Of a DNA stretch of 64,000 bases, positions 25,095 to 37,540 are shown one piece after another. This DNA comes from Macrostomum lignano (Eukaryota): positions 310,001 through 374,000 of the forward strand of contig NIVC01001010.1 in the NCBI GenBank assembly GCA_002269645.1. The letters are read 5' to 3'. Under the pieces are notes generated by a model. That model made no database searches and was not told the DNA's origin. It worked only from the letters and a program-made list of their open reading frames with translations. Position numbers and translations under genes: made by a program. Numbering within the stretch: position 1 is the first letter of the stretch; every line of letters starts with the position of its first letter.

Positions 25095-25645
25095 GTCGCT
25101 CATAGAACGATAAACAGTCGCTCATAAAACTGTAAACTGTCGCTCATAGAATGGCTAACTTACAGTTGATAATAGGATGACAACTAATCGCTCATAGGAT
25201 GGCAAACAGTAGCTCATAGAATGGCAAACGATCGCTCATAGAATGGTAAATAATGGCTCATAGAATGGCAAACAATCGCTTATAGGATGGCAACTAATAG
25301 CTCATAGAATGGCAAACGATCGCTCATAGAATGGTAAACAATCGGTCATAGGATGGCAAACAGTCTCTCATAGAATGGCAAATAATCGCTCATAGGATCG
25401 CAAACAGTCGCTCATAGAACGGTAAACAATCGCTCAAAGAATGGCAAATAATCGCTCATAGAATGGCAAATAATCGCTCATAGGATCGCAAACAGTCGCT
25501 CATAGAACGGTAAACAATCGCTCAAAATGGCAAATAATCGCTCATAGAATGGCAAATAATCGCGCAAACAGTCGCTCATAGAACGGTAAACAATCGCTCA
25601 AAGAATGGCGCTCATAGGATCGCAAACAGTCGCTCATAGAACGGT
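25095..25645. repeat. degenerate ~22-bp minisatellite 3' of SNF8
   Basis: Unit approximately CGCTCATAGAATGGCAAACAAT. Confidence 0.85.
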
Positions 25646-25676
25646 ACAGAACTCAGCACACAGTTCGATCACCCCC

Positions 25677-26423
25677 CTAGGCAGCCAGTAGCGCGGGCAC
25701 CAGACTGGGGAACCAGAACGCCCTTTCGCCGCTCGGCTCGCCGTCGTCAACCCAGGCGAAAGCTTCGCGCACCAGCTGGTCGAGCACGCGGTCGACTCGC
25801 TCCGGCGCCCAGGCCAGGGCTGTCCGACAAGCTGACGCCGTCACTCGGCCGCCATTGCCGTCGGCAAGGCGCATCACCGAGTTGGCATCGAGGCTGAGCT
25901 CGCCAGGCACCGATTGCACCAATCGCCGGTTGCCAAGCGTTACCAGAGTGAATCCGTTGCCTAGGCAACGGAGCTTATCCACGGCGCGAACAATGTCGTC
26001 CTCGGAGACCGGATCTCCGGCGCCTCGTCCAGCATTGAGCGCTTTCAATAAATCGCTAACGTCCATCAGACCGCCGTGCTTGTGGCTAGTTGCCATGGTA
26101 ACCTCGATAATCTTGACGCCAAGCTCGAAATAGAAGCCGCCAACCCCGAGCATGTCGGACCAGAAGCCTTTGCCGGATTGCAGCGGATCGACGCCAATAG
26201 CGGCGCACATCTGCTGGAACTGCGCCCGGAACTGCTGATTGCGTCGAATCTTGTCGGCGTGCTTCCTGGCGAACTCCTCCAGGTGTTGCCGGAACGCGCC
26301 AACCTGGGCGCTGACCTGCGCCAGCTCCTGGTCGGCCAGTTGGCCGCCTTTGCTTTTGAATCGATCGGCCGCGGCCGCGTGCCGCTGAGCGCCGCCAACG
26401 CCAACACCGCGTCCGCGTCGCAT
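25677..26423 (-). CDS. SNF8: ESCRT-II subunit SNF8/Vps22/EAP30, single exon
   Basis: ATG at 26423 gives MRRGRGVGVGG...QFRAQFQQMCAAIGVDPLQSGKGFWSDMLGVGGFYFELGVKIIEV...VQSVPGELS...AWVDD...FWFPSL, a full-length Vps22 pattern (248 aa). Confidence 0.95.
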   Translation of the reverse strand: MRRGRGVGVGGAQRHAAAADRFKSKGGQLADQELAQVSAQVGAFRQHLEEFARKHADKIRRNQQFRAQFQQMCAAIGVDPLQSGKGFWSDMLGVGGFYFELGVKIIEVTMATSHKHGGLMDVSDLLKALNAGRGAGDPVSEDDIVRAVDKLRCLGNGFTLVTLGNRRLVQSVPGELSLDANSVMRLADGNGGRVTASACRTALAWAPERVDRVLDQLVREAFAWVDDGEPSGERAFWFPSLVPALLAA

Positions 26424-26537
26424 GGCAACTAAATTTGGCGTAGCATGAATGGTGTTTGCCGGTTGAGCGATTCCGCTTAAAAAACTGCTGGACACATGCT
26501 TAATATAAAAAGGCACGCCAAAACAAGCATGTTTAAA

Positions 26538-26574
26538 GCCAACGCGTTTCGATGCAATCTGTCATCTTCAGGGC
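26538..26574 (-). ncRNA. second minimal hammerhead motif (weaker helix II), on the SNF8 sense strand
   Basis: Reverse complement reads GCC-CUGAAGA-U-GACAGAUUGCAUC-GAA-ACGCGU-U-GGC. Confidence 0.45.
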
Positions 26575-27013
26575 ATGCCACAGTCAAGACTGATTTCATT
26601 TAAGGCCGGTCGATAAATAAGCGAACACTAGAGGGATAGTCACCCTGTCAACTCACAGCACTCTGAGTTGGGTGTTCCACTACGGCTAGCAAGCTGCACA
26701 TTCAAACTAAGGCTTGTGTAATTTTATTTGCAAAGCTTTAATCATTATTAGTTTGAAATCGTTTTTGCAACCATTTAACAGCTGTATCGGATCGTTGTCA
26801 CGACACGCAACGCAACCAAACAAGTAATCTTGAATAGACGAACTCTTTAGCCAGTGCTCTCTTGCTCTTGTGTGCAGATGTCGCTTAGTTTTTCCTATGT
26901 AGGAAACTGATCAACAAAGCAACGGAATTGATAGAAAACACCTGCATTGAGAGGAATAGACACAACCGACATAAGTCTGTTTATAAATTTGTTTTTCGTG
27001 ATGATTGTGGCAT

Positions 27014-27050
27014 GCCCTGAAGATGACGGTTTGCGTCGAAACGCGTTGGC
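27014..27050 (+). ncRNA. minimal type-I hammerhead ribozyme motif
   Basis: GCC-CUGAAGA-U-GACG/guuug/CGUC-GAA-ACGCGU-U-GGC: core, 4-bp helix II, palindromic helix III and 3-bp helix I. Confidence 0.6.
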
Positions 27051-27924
27051 TTTAAACATGCTTGTTTTGGTGTTCCTCCTTGTATCATTTATTAAGCGAG
27101 CTAATCTTCCACAGTTCCACATGCTTGACGTTATCACGTTATTAGGCCATACGACCAATTAAGGTCATGGTCCATAGGAGACGGGATTTTTTTAGCATCA
27201 CCAAAACTGCTCGATGGAGCAGTTGCTAATTGCATTGCAAGCCGTGTCAGACTACTGCTAGTAGACAAAATCAATTCAAATAGTCAAAATACTCAATAAT
27301 AAGATTTACTAGCAATAAAAAAGACCTTAAGTCGTCTTAGTTCTCAAATGAGAAGTATATAATCTTAAACACAATACTCAAATACTGGTATCATATGCAA
27401 TCTAAAATATAATGGTATATAATTTCAAAAGGGATCTTTCCTCGAAATTCCCCAAGTTGAAACTCAAAACTGACTCGAGCCTAAACATGGATCCAGGAGC
27501 CTAAATAGTTGACAGTTATACTGAAAGTACTCTAAACTTATGCAAAACAAAAATAACAGACTCAATTAAAACTCATTACATTATTTCTTCCCCCAGCCTT
27601 GAAAACATACAAGGAATCCAACACATCCGATGTCTATGGTAATGAGACGATTCAACCTTTTAAGGAAATTTTAAATAGATAGCTTACTTCTAATTATGTA
27701 CGGAATCTCAGGAACCAGTGACAGAAGCAATAAAGGGTATTGAGCACGGACGGATTAGTCGTTAATCCCGGCGTCATGAGCCGCAGCAGCCTGGCATGGG
27801 TCAGCTCGCCTTACATGGCTCATTTCAAACACAAAAGCGCAGCTGTGCAGGTTGTGCTCTACAGTTCAAGGCTGTGCGTCACCTGCCAGGAGAAGCTGGT
27901 GAGTGTCTCTAAATACGTATCTGA

Positions 27925-28940
27925 TGTACTGTCGGAGGGTGTCATGGAGGTGTTGTGCTGTTGGAGGCGTGTCATGGAGGTGTTGTGCTGTTGGAGGCGT
28001 GTCATGGAGGTAGATGTGCTGTTGGAGGCGTGTCATGGAGGTGTTGTGCTGTTGGAGGCGTGTCATGGAGGTAGATGTGCTGTCGGAGGCGTGTCATGGT
28101 GTTGTGCTATCGGAGGCGTGTCATGGAGGTTGTGTGCTGTGGGAGGCGTGTCAAGGTGTTGTGCTGTCGGAGGCGTGTCATGGAGGTTGTGTGCTGTGGG
28201 AGGCGTGTCATGGAGGTAGATGCGCTGTCGGAGGCGTGTCATGGAGGTGTTGTGCTGTCGGAGGCGGGTCATGGAGGTGTTGTGCTGTCGGAGGCGTGTC
28301 ATGGAGGTGTTGTGCTGTCGGAGGCGTGTCATGGAGGTGTTGTGCTGTCGGAGGCGTGTCAAGGTGTTGTGCTGTCGGAGGCGTGTCATGGAGGTTGTGT
28401 GCTGTCGGAGGCGTGTCATCATGGAGGTGTTGTGCTGTCGGAGGCGTGTCATGGAGGTGTTGTGCTGTCGGAGGCGTGTCAAGGTGTTGTGCTGTCGGAG
28501 GCGTGTCATGGAGGTTGTGTGCTGTGGGAGGCGTGTCATGGAGGTAGATGTTGCTGTCGGAGGCGTGTCATGGAGGTGTTGTGCTGTCGGAGGCGGGTCA
28601 TGGAGGTGTTGTGCTGTCGGAGGCGTGTCATGGAGGTGTTGTGCTGTCGGAGGCGTGTCATGGAGGTTGTGTGCTGTCGGAGGCGTGTCATTATGGAGGT
28701 GTTGTGCTGTCGGAGGCGTGTCATGGAGGTGTTGTGCTGTCGGAGGCGTGTCATCATGGAGGTGTTGTGCTGTCGTCGGAGGCGTGTCATGGAGGTAGGA
28801 TGCTGTCTGTGGAGAGGCGTGTCATGGAGGTAGATGCGCTGTGGGAGGCATGTCACGGAGGTGTTGTGCTGTGGGAGGCATGTCATGGAGGTGTTGTGCT
28901 GTCGGAGGCGTGTCATGGAGGTGGTGTGCTGTCGGAGGCG
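27925..28940. repeat. ~30-bp minisatellite
   Basis: Unit GTGTTGTGCTGTCGGAGGCGTGTCATGGAG. Confidence 0.93.
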
Positions 28941-28979
28941 TGTAAAACTTCACAATTGTAAAACTTCACAATAGCAATA

Positions 28980-29109
28980 TAGCCCGCTCAAGTCTCATGA
29001 CTTTTTTCAGCTGTCTTCTTTTTTCTCCTCTCCTCTCTCATCTTCCCTCTCTTCTCTCCCCTCTTTTTTGTTTTTCTCCCCTTAAGTTAAAAAAGCTTGC
29101 CAACCCCTG
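28980..29109 (-). mobile_element. second, shorter copy of the same hAT-like end, inverted
   Basis: Ends AAGCTTGCCAACCCCTG. The reverse complement also shares a GAAGAYAGCTGAAAA...GAGCGGGC block and a GA-rich tract with the 17.4-kb copy. Confidence 0.5.
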
Positions 29110-29249
29110 ATCTAAGTGGTATGCAATGAAGGTTAACGCACAGTCAGATATATGAAGTGATGATTTGTTTCTAACATAACCGAACCTCGTGTTCGTGAGA
29201 GAGCCTGTGCATGCAGCAGCCAAAAACTAAAACAGAAATAAAATGCTTC

Positions 29250-29600
29250 TAAGGTGCCGCTGTTCGAAGAGCTGTCAGCTTGGCCGCTAAGCCACTGGCG
29301 CGCACACGGCTACAAGGCGCCGGCCGCTCTCAGATTTAGCGCTATTGACACAGTGAGCAATGCCAGGCCAAGCCAGTCTGAGTCGCACGATGTACAGCGC
29401 GTGCCCTGCGTGCAATTGTGGGCGCCAGCGGAGATGAACTACGCGCCAAAACTCTATTGCGAACGGGCCTGCCGCCGGTTGAGCTATGGCGCTCTGCGGC
29501 GCAACCTGATTGGCTGGATTATCAAGCATGCAAATAGCATTTGATTGTTAATTCATGTCTGCAATTGGCTGTTTGCTTATCTATTATTTACTTGCTTTCA
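29250..29600. promoter_or_regulatory. possible promoter island upstream of FoxO
   Basis: CpG-rich patch with two inverted CCAAT boxes (ATTGG at 29509 and 29564) and an octamer ATGCAAAT at 29528. The assignment to FoxO is inference. Confidence 0.3.
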
Positions 29601-30942
29601 GTAGCTGGCAACTGACTGCAACAACTTTATAATGGCTAACTAGGCGAGGGTTTGATTTTAGCAGTTAAACCATTGGGAAGTCTTGACATAAAAATGAAAA
29701 TCATTAAATTAAGCATTTTCAAAACAACATTGGCTGTTTAAAATTGATATTTTTTTCAAATTTCATTTTTGCAGTTCCATTTGCTAACAAAACTCACTGA
29801 AAAGACTAGCATTTATAACTTCAATACTTTTGTGATAAATATTTGATTTTGGCTTTTGCATTAATTTGTTGCTTCATTTTATGATTATTTTTATGATGCA
29901 GAACAGCAAAGAAAATGCTACTTAAAATAAACTTCTTGCCAATGGCAAGTGAATCCAAACTAAGGTCAGATAAAGTAATTTCTTGGACTATCTATATGAT
30001 TAGGATTGAACTAAAATTGAATATTTGAATATTACACCTAGTAGTCAAGAGATAAATATACATTATTTTTAAGGGTTGGTAAAGTCTAGGACATGGGCCA
30101 TATTCAGTATATAAAGCCTTTCTATCTAGCCCTCAGGTCCTTTGAAATTTTTGCAATAGCAATCTAGCCTATTCAAAACTAGAAACTAGAAATTTGTTGA
30201 AAGGGTAGATTTTTTAAAGATAAAGACCCAAAGAGGATATAAGAAGATAACTTTGAATTTTGGCAAAAATACACTTGGCCCCCCTTTTATTTCTTAGGTT
30301 TCTATCAAAAGGGGCAGCTGCCCTTTACTTCTTATTGGTATGTCTTTATACTTACCTTTATTTAAATAAAAAAATAAATGTCAATAAAATCATTGAACAA
30401 TAATAAACATATATAAACATAGTTAAATACTTATAAATAAGTTAAAAACCTTGAAAATGTCAAGAAATAGTAGACCATTTCTTGTACTTCTAAGATCCCA
30501 ATAAACCCAATGAATAATTAAAAGTAGGAAACTAGGAAATTGAATTTATATAACTATATCTATATCTACATAGGCTTATGTTTTGTCTAAAAACCTTGAT
30601 ATCCAACAATAAATTTATAATTATAAGGAAAGTACAAAGGGTATATCTCTCCTATTTCTATTAACTTTGATTTTTTCTATGGATAATACATTATCAAATA
30701 AAAAATAATCAAAAGCAATGTACTAAGTACTTGAATAACTTATGCCTCCCTGTTCAATATTCTCTGATATATGCCTATATATCTTGAATCTATAACTTCC
30801 TATAATCATATAGATCATAAATGTCTATAATAGCCATAATCCATAGCTAGTATTAGTCACAATTAATGAAAAGCTTAACTTCTATGAATGGCAAAAGTAT
30901 AAATGTGGAATTAAAACAAAAAATCTTTACTTATTACTTTAA

Positions 30943-31310
30943 GGGGGCCATAGCCCAGCGGTAGCGCAGCTGCTTTGGTTTGCTAGCAACCCAGGCTCAA
31001 TTCCAAGTGCAGCCACATTAATTTGGGGTTGAATTGGAATCTTGGCTTGGCTCTGCTTGTGTAATTAACGGCCTTGAGAGCCAAACCCCCAAGGCATAGT
31101 GAAGTGTACATGCCTAATGATAAAATAAAGTTAGGGCTGCTGTACACTCTTGTGTGAGTGTGTGCCTGCGTACATATCTGCGCAATTGTATGTCTGCTCA
31201 GGGGAGTTGGCAGAATGGGCAGTAATGCCTCTCGCTGGTTGTATGCCTATGTCGCTTAAAGTGCGCTAGGGTGCACATAATTCCTTGCCTCTAATAAAAA
31301 AATAAAAACT
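30943..31310 (+). mobile_element. tRNA-derived SINE family 1, copy B (C>T/G>A mutated)
   Basis: A-box TAGCCCAGCGGTAGCGC, B-box GGCTCAATTCC, body colinear with copy A, tail TAATAAAAAAATAAAAAC. Confidence 0.75.
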
Positions 31311-34300
31311 TGTTACTTTTAATTTATAAGTTGGACAATATCAAATTTTCAAGATTTGAGATTTAGCTTAATTAGCATCTTGTAGGCCTATTTACACTAT
31401 AGTTTATCTATTAATTGTTAATAATGTTACTTGTTAAATGTATCCAATGATGATAATAAAAAGAAAAACAATGATGATTTACTATTATGCTTGTTAATAA
31501 CTTGATGTATATATCAAACATAGGTATAATAATATTAGCAAGCTTCTAATTTGTTTTGCAATATTAGTTTCTAGTTTGAATCAGTGCCACAACATAGTGT
31601 CTCTAAGCACTAGATGGAGCAATTTATTGAAAGTAAATAGAGCAATAGTTAGAGTAGTAAATAGAGCAATAGATTAGGACAGTAAAAGTATAAATAGATA
31701 GAGTGGTCAATAGAGTAATAGATAAAGCAATAGATAAGAGCTAAGGGCTAAAGAATTCTTTGATACCATTTAACTATCCCTTTTGTCCATAGATATCATT
31801 TTCTACTATGACACTATATTGCAACATCAATTCAAACTTGAAAATTAATATCATATCAGGAAACAAACTAGATCACTATAACCATAATATCATATTTATC
31901 TTGAAAATCTAGACTTTTTTTAGATCTTAAAACCAAGATTAAAATTGAATAAAGTGAAAAAAGGCTAAGATCTTGATAAACCTCTATTTGATTTTATTAA
32001 GTTTACTGAAAGTTAACTAATAATAGGCCCCCTATACTAGTTAATAAGCATTAATCTATTAACATAGGCCCCTAATACAAATTCAAAAAATAATTTTTTT
32101 CAAAACAGACTTTATATTGCATTGTCCTTGTTTTTCTTTTTAGCTAATATGGGCTTAGTTTTATAGAGAGGTTGTCTTGTTTTCCAAGAAATTTATATGC
32201 TAAAAAGTAGAAAAATAATAATTAAAACTTACTTATAAAAATATTACTTCAAAAAAACAGTTTAAAGTAAAATAAGTAAGTCTAACTTATTTACTTGAAA
32301 CTTAAAAGCTAATTAATTGGGAATATAAACAAAGTTTGTATTTTAGGCATAATTTAGGCAATAATTATTCTAGGCATATAGCTAAAAACTTTCTTTAGAG
32401 AGAAAATATATGCAGCTTCTAATCAATCCAAAAACAAGACAAGCTAGTGACAGATGATTTGGCAATTAGTCAAAGTGGCAATAAACAATCTCATAATAGA
32501 TTTTGTATTGGATATTTTTATAGATTTTAGATACATATACAAATACAACTTTATATGTAGTATTTACTATTTACATGTAGAAAATTCACTTTAGGATTGT
32601 GTCTTTCCTAATAATAAAAACTGTACATTATACAACTTGGCTATACTTCTGAAATAATTTAAGCTCTCTAATCTATTTAAATGCCAAATATCCAATTTAA
32701 TAGCTTTTTACTACACTTTGTCACTGGATTGACTGTTGCCAGATTGTCTGTCAGTGTCACCAGATTTTCCTGTGGTTGCCCAGGGCCCAGGGATGGTGGA
32801 GCCTAATATTTTAGAGGGGCAACAGGTACAAGGCAAGGGGGGCACAAGTACCTTTATAAGATGCTAATTGGGGTCTAAAATTAGAAAAGCACTAAAAATT
32901 ACCACATGAACTCATTTTCTGGGGGGGACACATACCCCCAGTGCCGCAAGCTCTTGCTGCCCATGCTGTCGCCACCAGCCCACCACTAGGAATCCTAGGA
33001 TGCTAGATTGACTAGATACTAGGATAGGCTACCCCAGCAGAGGGAAAAAAGAAAGATAGTAGAAAAGCAACAAAAAAGAAAATTTTTACGCTGTTTGGGG
33101 GGATACATCTTCCCTTTCCTATACCCCTGGTTTTCTCAGAGCAGAGCACTAGAAGATGCAGCAGAAAGTTACAAAAGAATAACAAAGATTAGGAAAGAAG
33201 TGAATCAAAGCAATACTTATGTGCTAGCAGTAAAATTCATAATTTTAATTCATTTAAATTTATAAGTAAGAATTTGTTGCGATGCCGCAGCCAATGATGA
33301 AATGATCGTGAATAGATTTTTTGAAAAATGCCTGTGACAGCTGTTTGTAGCTTTCAAAAATTTAAATAATTTTTTAGAAGATTGGCTTTGCAAAGCTTAG
33401 AGCAAAATATGTTTTACTAGGTCAATGTTTTAGACAATTTATTTCAATGATGAATTAAAATGCAAAATCTTTTGTTTTTCGATTTGAAAGACTTTTTTTC
33501 ATATTTAAGTTGGGTTGTATCTAAGAAAAAATTATCACTATATTTAATTCTTAAATACTTAGTCTGCTCTTCTCACGCCTTACCATGTTAAAATTTCGAC
33601 TTGCACGTCTGTCTGCGTCTCGTCGACTATGCTAATTTTTTTTCTAATTACACTTACTCACTGCAAATCTGATAGTGTTTTGATACCATTCTATGTATGT
33701 TCTGTTTTAAATATTTATTTTATATATAAAATTGAAAATGTAAATGATGTAGGCCTCAATTCAATAGTTATAACAAACTCATACATTAATAGTAAGTACT
33801 TTACCCAAGAAGCAAGTCTAAAAACAAGAAACAAGAAAAAAGCCTATTGTACTTTTGATCTTACTTTTTTTGTTCTTAGCTTAGTTTAGTAAATTATTTA
33901 ACATTTTTTAATTTTTATCAATATTAAAATTGCACTATTTATCCTAATCTTTAGTCTAATATTTTATAATGTTTAACAAAATTTGGCTAATCTGATTTAA
34001 AACTTATATAGAATTTATAAAAATGCATTCTACTATATCCTATATTTGTACTTTGGGAAAATATCAAATATTGCTTTTACTAAATTTGTCTAGAAGTTTG
34101 TCAATTATAAGTTTTTGAACATATTTAGCTCTAGATGTATTCAATTAGTAATGCTTTTGCTTAAGCCTATAGTTCTTTGTTGTTAAGTAAACTTCAGGTA
34201 TAGTCAATATATATTATATTCATATCATTATATAGTCTAGATTCACTCCTATTTGAGTTCATAAACAAATATTCTAAACTTATTTTTCTTCATGTGCCTT

Positions 34301-34337
34301 TGGGCAAAGCCTCTCCACTTCTTTGATATTCTTTACA

Positions 34338-34877
34338 ATGGAGCTAGACAATGAATGCGAAATGGATGACTACCTATTGAATTGCGACCCAATTGACACT
34401 GATGAAATCATCTACTACAATGACTCCCAGTCAGCAGCTGAGGCTGAGGCCAGCTTCCGCGGTCGCGCCTCTACCTGGGACCCCTCATTTAAACGTCGAC
34501 AGCATGATGCTGCCGCAGCCGCTGCTGCAGCCGCTTCAGCGAGTCCATCCTCGTCATCGGCCACTACCGATGTTGCATTGTCGCTTGACGAGCCTGGGCC
34601 TAGTTATCTGCAGTCTGGCAGCCTCTTCAACTCTCAATTCGGCTCCGGCACTGCCAACTCGTCAACGTCTGCCGCTGCAGCGGCGGCCGCGGCTGTAGCT
34701 GCTGCACAGAAGCGACGGAACGCTTGGGGCAACCAGAGCTACGCTGAGCTCATCACCCAGGCCATCCAATCCAGTCCGAATGGCCGGCTGACCCTGGCCG
34801 AGATCTACGACTGGATGGTGCGTCACGTGCCCTACTTCACAGCCCGGAGTGATTCGGCAAGCTCGGCTGGTTGGAAG
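34338..34877 (+). CDS. FoxO: FoxO forkhead transcription factor, exon 1
   Basis: ATG at 34338. Akt site RGRAST and [36 protein letters not shown]...SSAGWK. Phase-0 donor AAG|GTTTGT at the FoxO-typical intron position. Confidence 0.93.
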
Positions 34878-34887
34878 GTTTGTTAAT

Positions 34888-35670
34888 GTGATATTGTGTC
34901 TGTGGGTAGTCATTGCAGTGATCTTGTGTCTGTGGGTAGGCATTGCAGTGATATTGTGTCTGTGGGTTGCCATGGCAGTGATCTTGTGTCTGTGGGTAGT
35001 CATTGCAGTGATCTTGTGTCTGTGGGTAGTCATTGCAGTGATCTTGTGTCTGTGGGTAGGCATTGCAGTGATCTTATCTCTGTGAGTAGCCATTGCAGTG
35101 ATATTGTGTCTGTGGGTAGCCATTGCAGTGATCTTGTGTCTGTGGGTAGTCATTGCAGTGATCTTATCTCTGTGGGTAGCCATTGCAGTGATCTTGTGTC
35201 TGTGGGTAGTCATTGCAGTGATCTTGTGTCTGTGGGTAGGCATAGCAGTGATATTGTGTCTGTGGGTAGGCATTGCAGTGATCTTGTGTCTGTAGGTAGG
35301 CATAGCAGTGATCTTGTGTCTGTGGGTAGGCATTGCAGTGATCTTGTGTCTGTGGGTAGTCATTGCAGTGATCTTGTGTCTGTGGGTAGGCATTGCAGTG
35401 ATCTTGTGTCTGTGGGTAGGCATAGCAGTGATATTGTGTCTGTGGGTAGGCATTGCAGTGATCTTGTGTCTGTAGGTAGGCATAGCAGTGATCTTGTGTC
35501 TGTGGGTAGGCATAGCAGTGATATTGTGTCTGTGGGTAGGCATTGCAGTGATCTTGTGTCTGTGGGTAGGCATAGCAGTGATATTGTGTCTGTGGGTAGG
35601 CATTGCAGTGATCTTGTGTCTGTAGGTAGGCATAGCAGTGATCTTGTGTCTGTGGGTAGGTACTGCAGTG
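34888..35670. repeat. 30-bp minisatellite (start of FoxO intron)
   Basis: Unit GATCTTGTGTCTGTGGGTAGGCATTGCAGT. Confidence 0.95.
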
Positions 35671-36344
35671 AACTTTAGCCAATTATATTTTGTGAGAATA
35701 AAGACAATAAAAGACACTAACATGGTTTCTTGCTTTATTGCTGAGCAGCAAACTCTAGCTAATCTACTGGCTCAAGTTCTAATAGCTACACAGGAGCGAT
35801 GGCACCAGTTGTACTAAATTGTTGCAGAGCGCGCCACTTAATGTTCTGTCTCTTCGCAGCCGAGTTCCAATAAGTTGCCCAGGCTTGGATAATTTCTCAC
35901 TCTCACCCCTACAGCCAAACTCGTTGCAATTTCCTCTGCTCAGTTGCTTCCAACCGCCCCCCCCCCAGTCCCTTCCTTTTGGGTAATTGAAACGTTTAAA
36001 TAAAATTGCTGGCTGCGCCAAGGCTTCTGGGGAAATGCATAAAATCTTGAATAATTCAAATTGCCCGAACCCAGCTTCTGTGTCTTGAGGCGTTGGAGGA
36101 TTTTTATTTAGAAAGTTGTTATTTTCAATTTCCGCTAGCAAATTGCAGCTCAGCTGTTTCGAAAAATTCTGCTTTTGGTACAGCGACAAATTCGATTTCG
36201 ATATGGTTTTAATAGAATCGAAATGTACTCGAACAAACCGCGATCCAAAACTGTTGCAATAATTATGCAACTAATTTTCATAAACAATTCATTAAGCGCA
36301 TCATTTTATTTAATTACAATATGGAATATTTTCAAAATTACCGC

Positions 36345-37540
36345 TTTCTGAAATTCGGAGCTTCATTTCTGAAATTCGGAGCTTCATTCTTAAATTCGGC
36401 ACTTTATTTCTGAAATTCGGAGCTTCATTTCTTAAATTCGGAGCTTCATTCTGAAATTCGGAGCTTCATTTCTTAAATTCAGAGCTTCATTCTGAAATTC
36501 AGAGCTTCATTTCTTAAATTCGGAGCTTCATTCTGAAATTCGGAGCTTCATTTCTTAAATTCGGAGCTTCATTCTGAAATTCGGAGCTTCATTTCTTAAA
36601 TTTGGAGCTTCATTCTTAAATTCGGCACTTCATTTCTTAAATTCGGAGATTCATTTCTTAAATTCGGAGCTTCATTTCTGAAATTCAGGGCTTCATTTCT
36701 AAAATTCGGAACTTCATTTCTGAAATTCGGAGCTTCATTTCTCAATCTCAGGGCTTCATTTCTAAAATTCGGAGCTTCATTTCTGAAATTCAGGGCTTCA
36801 TTTCTGAAATTCAGGGCTTCATTTCTGGAATTCGGTGCTTCATTTCTAAAATTCGGAACTTCATTTCTGAAATTCGGAGCTTCATTTCTCAATCTCAGGG
36901 CTTCATTTCTAAAATTCGGAGCTTCATTTCTGAAATTCAGGGCTTCATTTCTGAAATTCAGGGCTTCATTTCTGAAATTCGGAGCTTCATTTCTGAAATT
37001 CAGAGCTTCATTTCTGAAATTCAGCGCTTCATTTCTGAAATTCAGGGCTTTATTTCTTAAATTCAGGGCTTCATTTCTGAAATTCGGAGCTTCATTTCTA
37101 AAATTCAGAGCTTCATTTCTGAAATTCGGAGCTTCATTTCTGAAATTCAGAGCTTCATTTCTGAAATTCAGCGCTTCATTTCTGAAATTCAGGGCTTCAT
37201 TTCTTAAATTCAGGGCTTCATTTCTGAAATTCGGAGCTTCATTTCTGAAATTCAGGGCTTCATTTCTGAAATTCGGAGCTTCATTTCTGAAATTCAGAGC
37301 TTCATTTCTGAAATTCAGCGCTTCATTTCTGAAATTCAGGGCTTCATTTCTGAAATTCGGAGCTTCATTTCTGAAATTCAGGGCTTCATTTCTGGAATTC
37401 GGTGCTTCATTTCTAAAATTCGGAACTTCATTTCTGAAATTCGGAGGTTCATTTCTCAATCTCAGGGCTTCATTTCTAAAATTCGGTGCTTCATTTCTGA
37501 AATTCAGGGCTTCATTTCTGAAATTCGGAGCTTCATTTCT
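36345..37540. repeat. 21-bp minisatellite (FoxO intron)
   Basis: Unit TTCATTTCTGAAATTCGGAGC. Confidence 0.95.

Larger units (their letters stand above)
26518..27070. mobile_element. Penelope-like element remnant bounded by 65-bp inverted repeats carrying hammerhead motifs
   Basis: 26518-26582 is the near-exact reverse complement of 27006-27070. Both read CTGAAGATGAC...TCGAAACGCGTTGG with 3' ends facing outward, as in PLE insertions with an inverted 5' end. Confidence 0.6.

Noticed and set aside
26424-26516. 31-aa N-terminal extension of SNF8 from the upstream ATG
   Set aside because: Vps22 homologues begin at the MRR-x-x-GVG motif, and the extension is AT-rich and unconserved-looking.
17362-29109. 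A single 11.7-kb hAT element that captured zfh2 exon 1 and SNF8
   Set aside because: The flanking 8-mers differ, and both ends are copies of the same element end.
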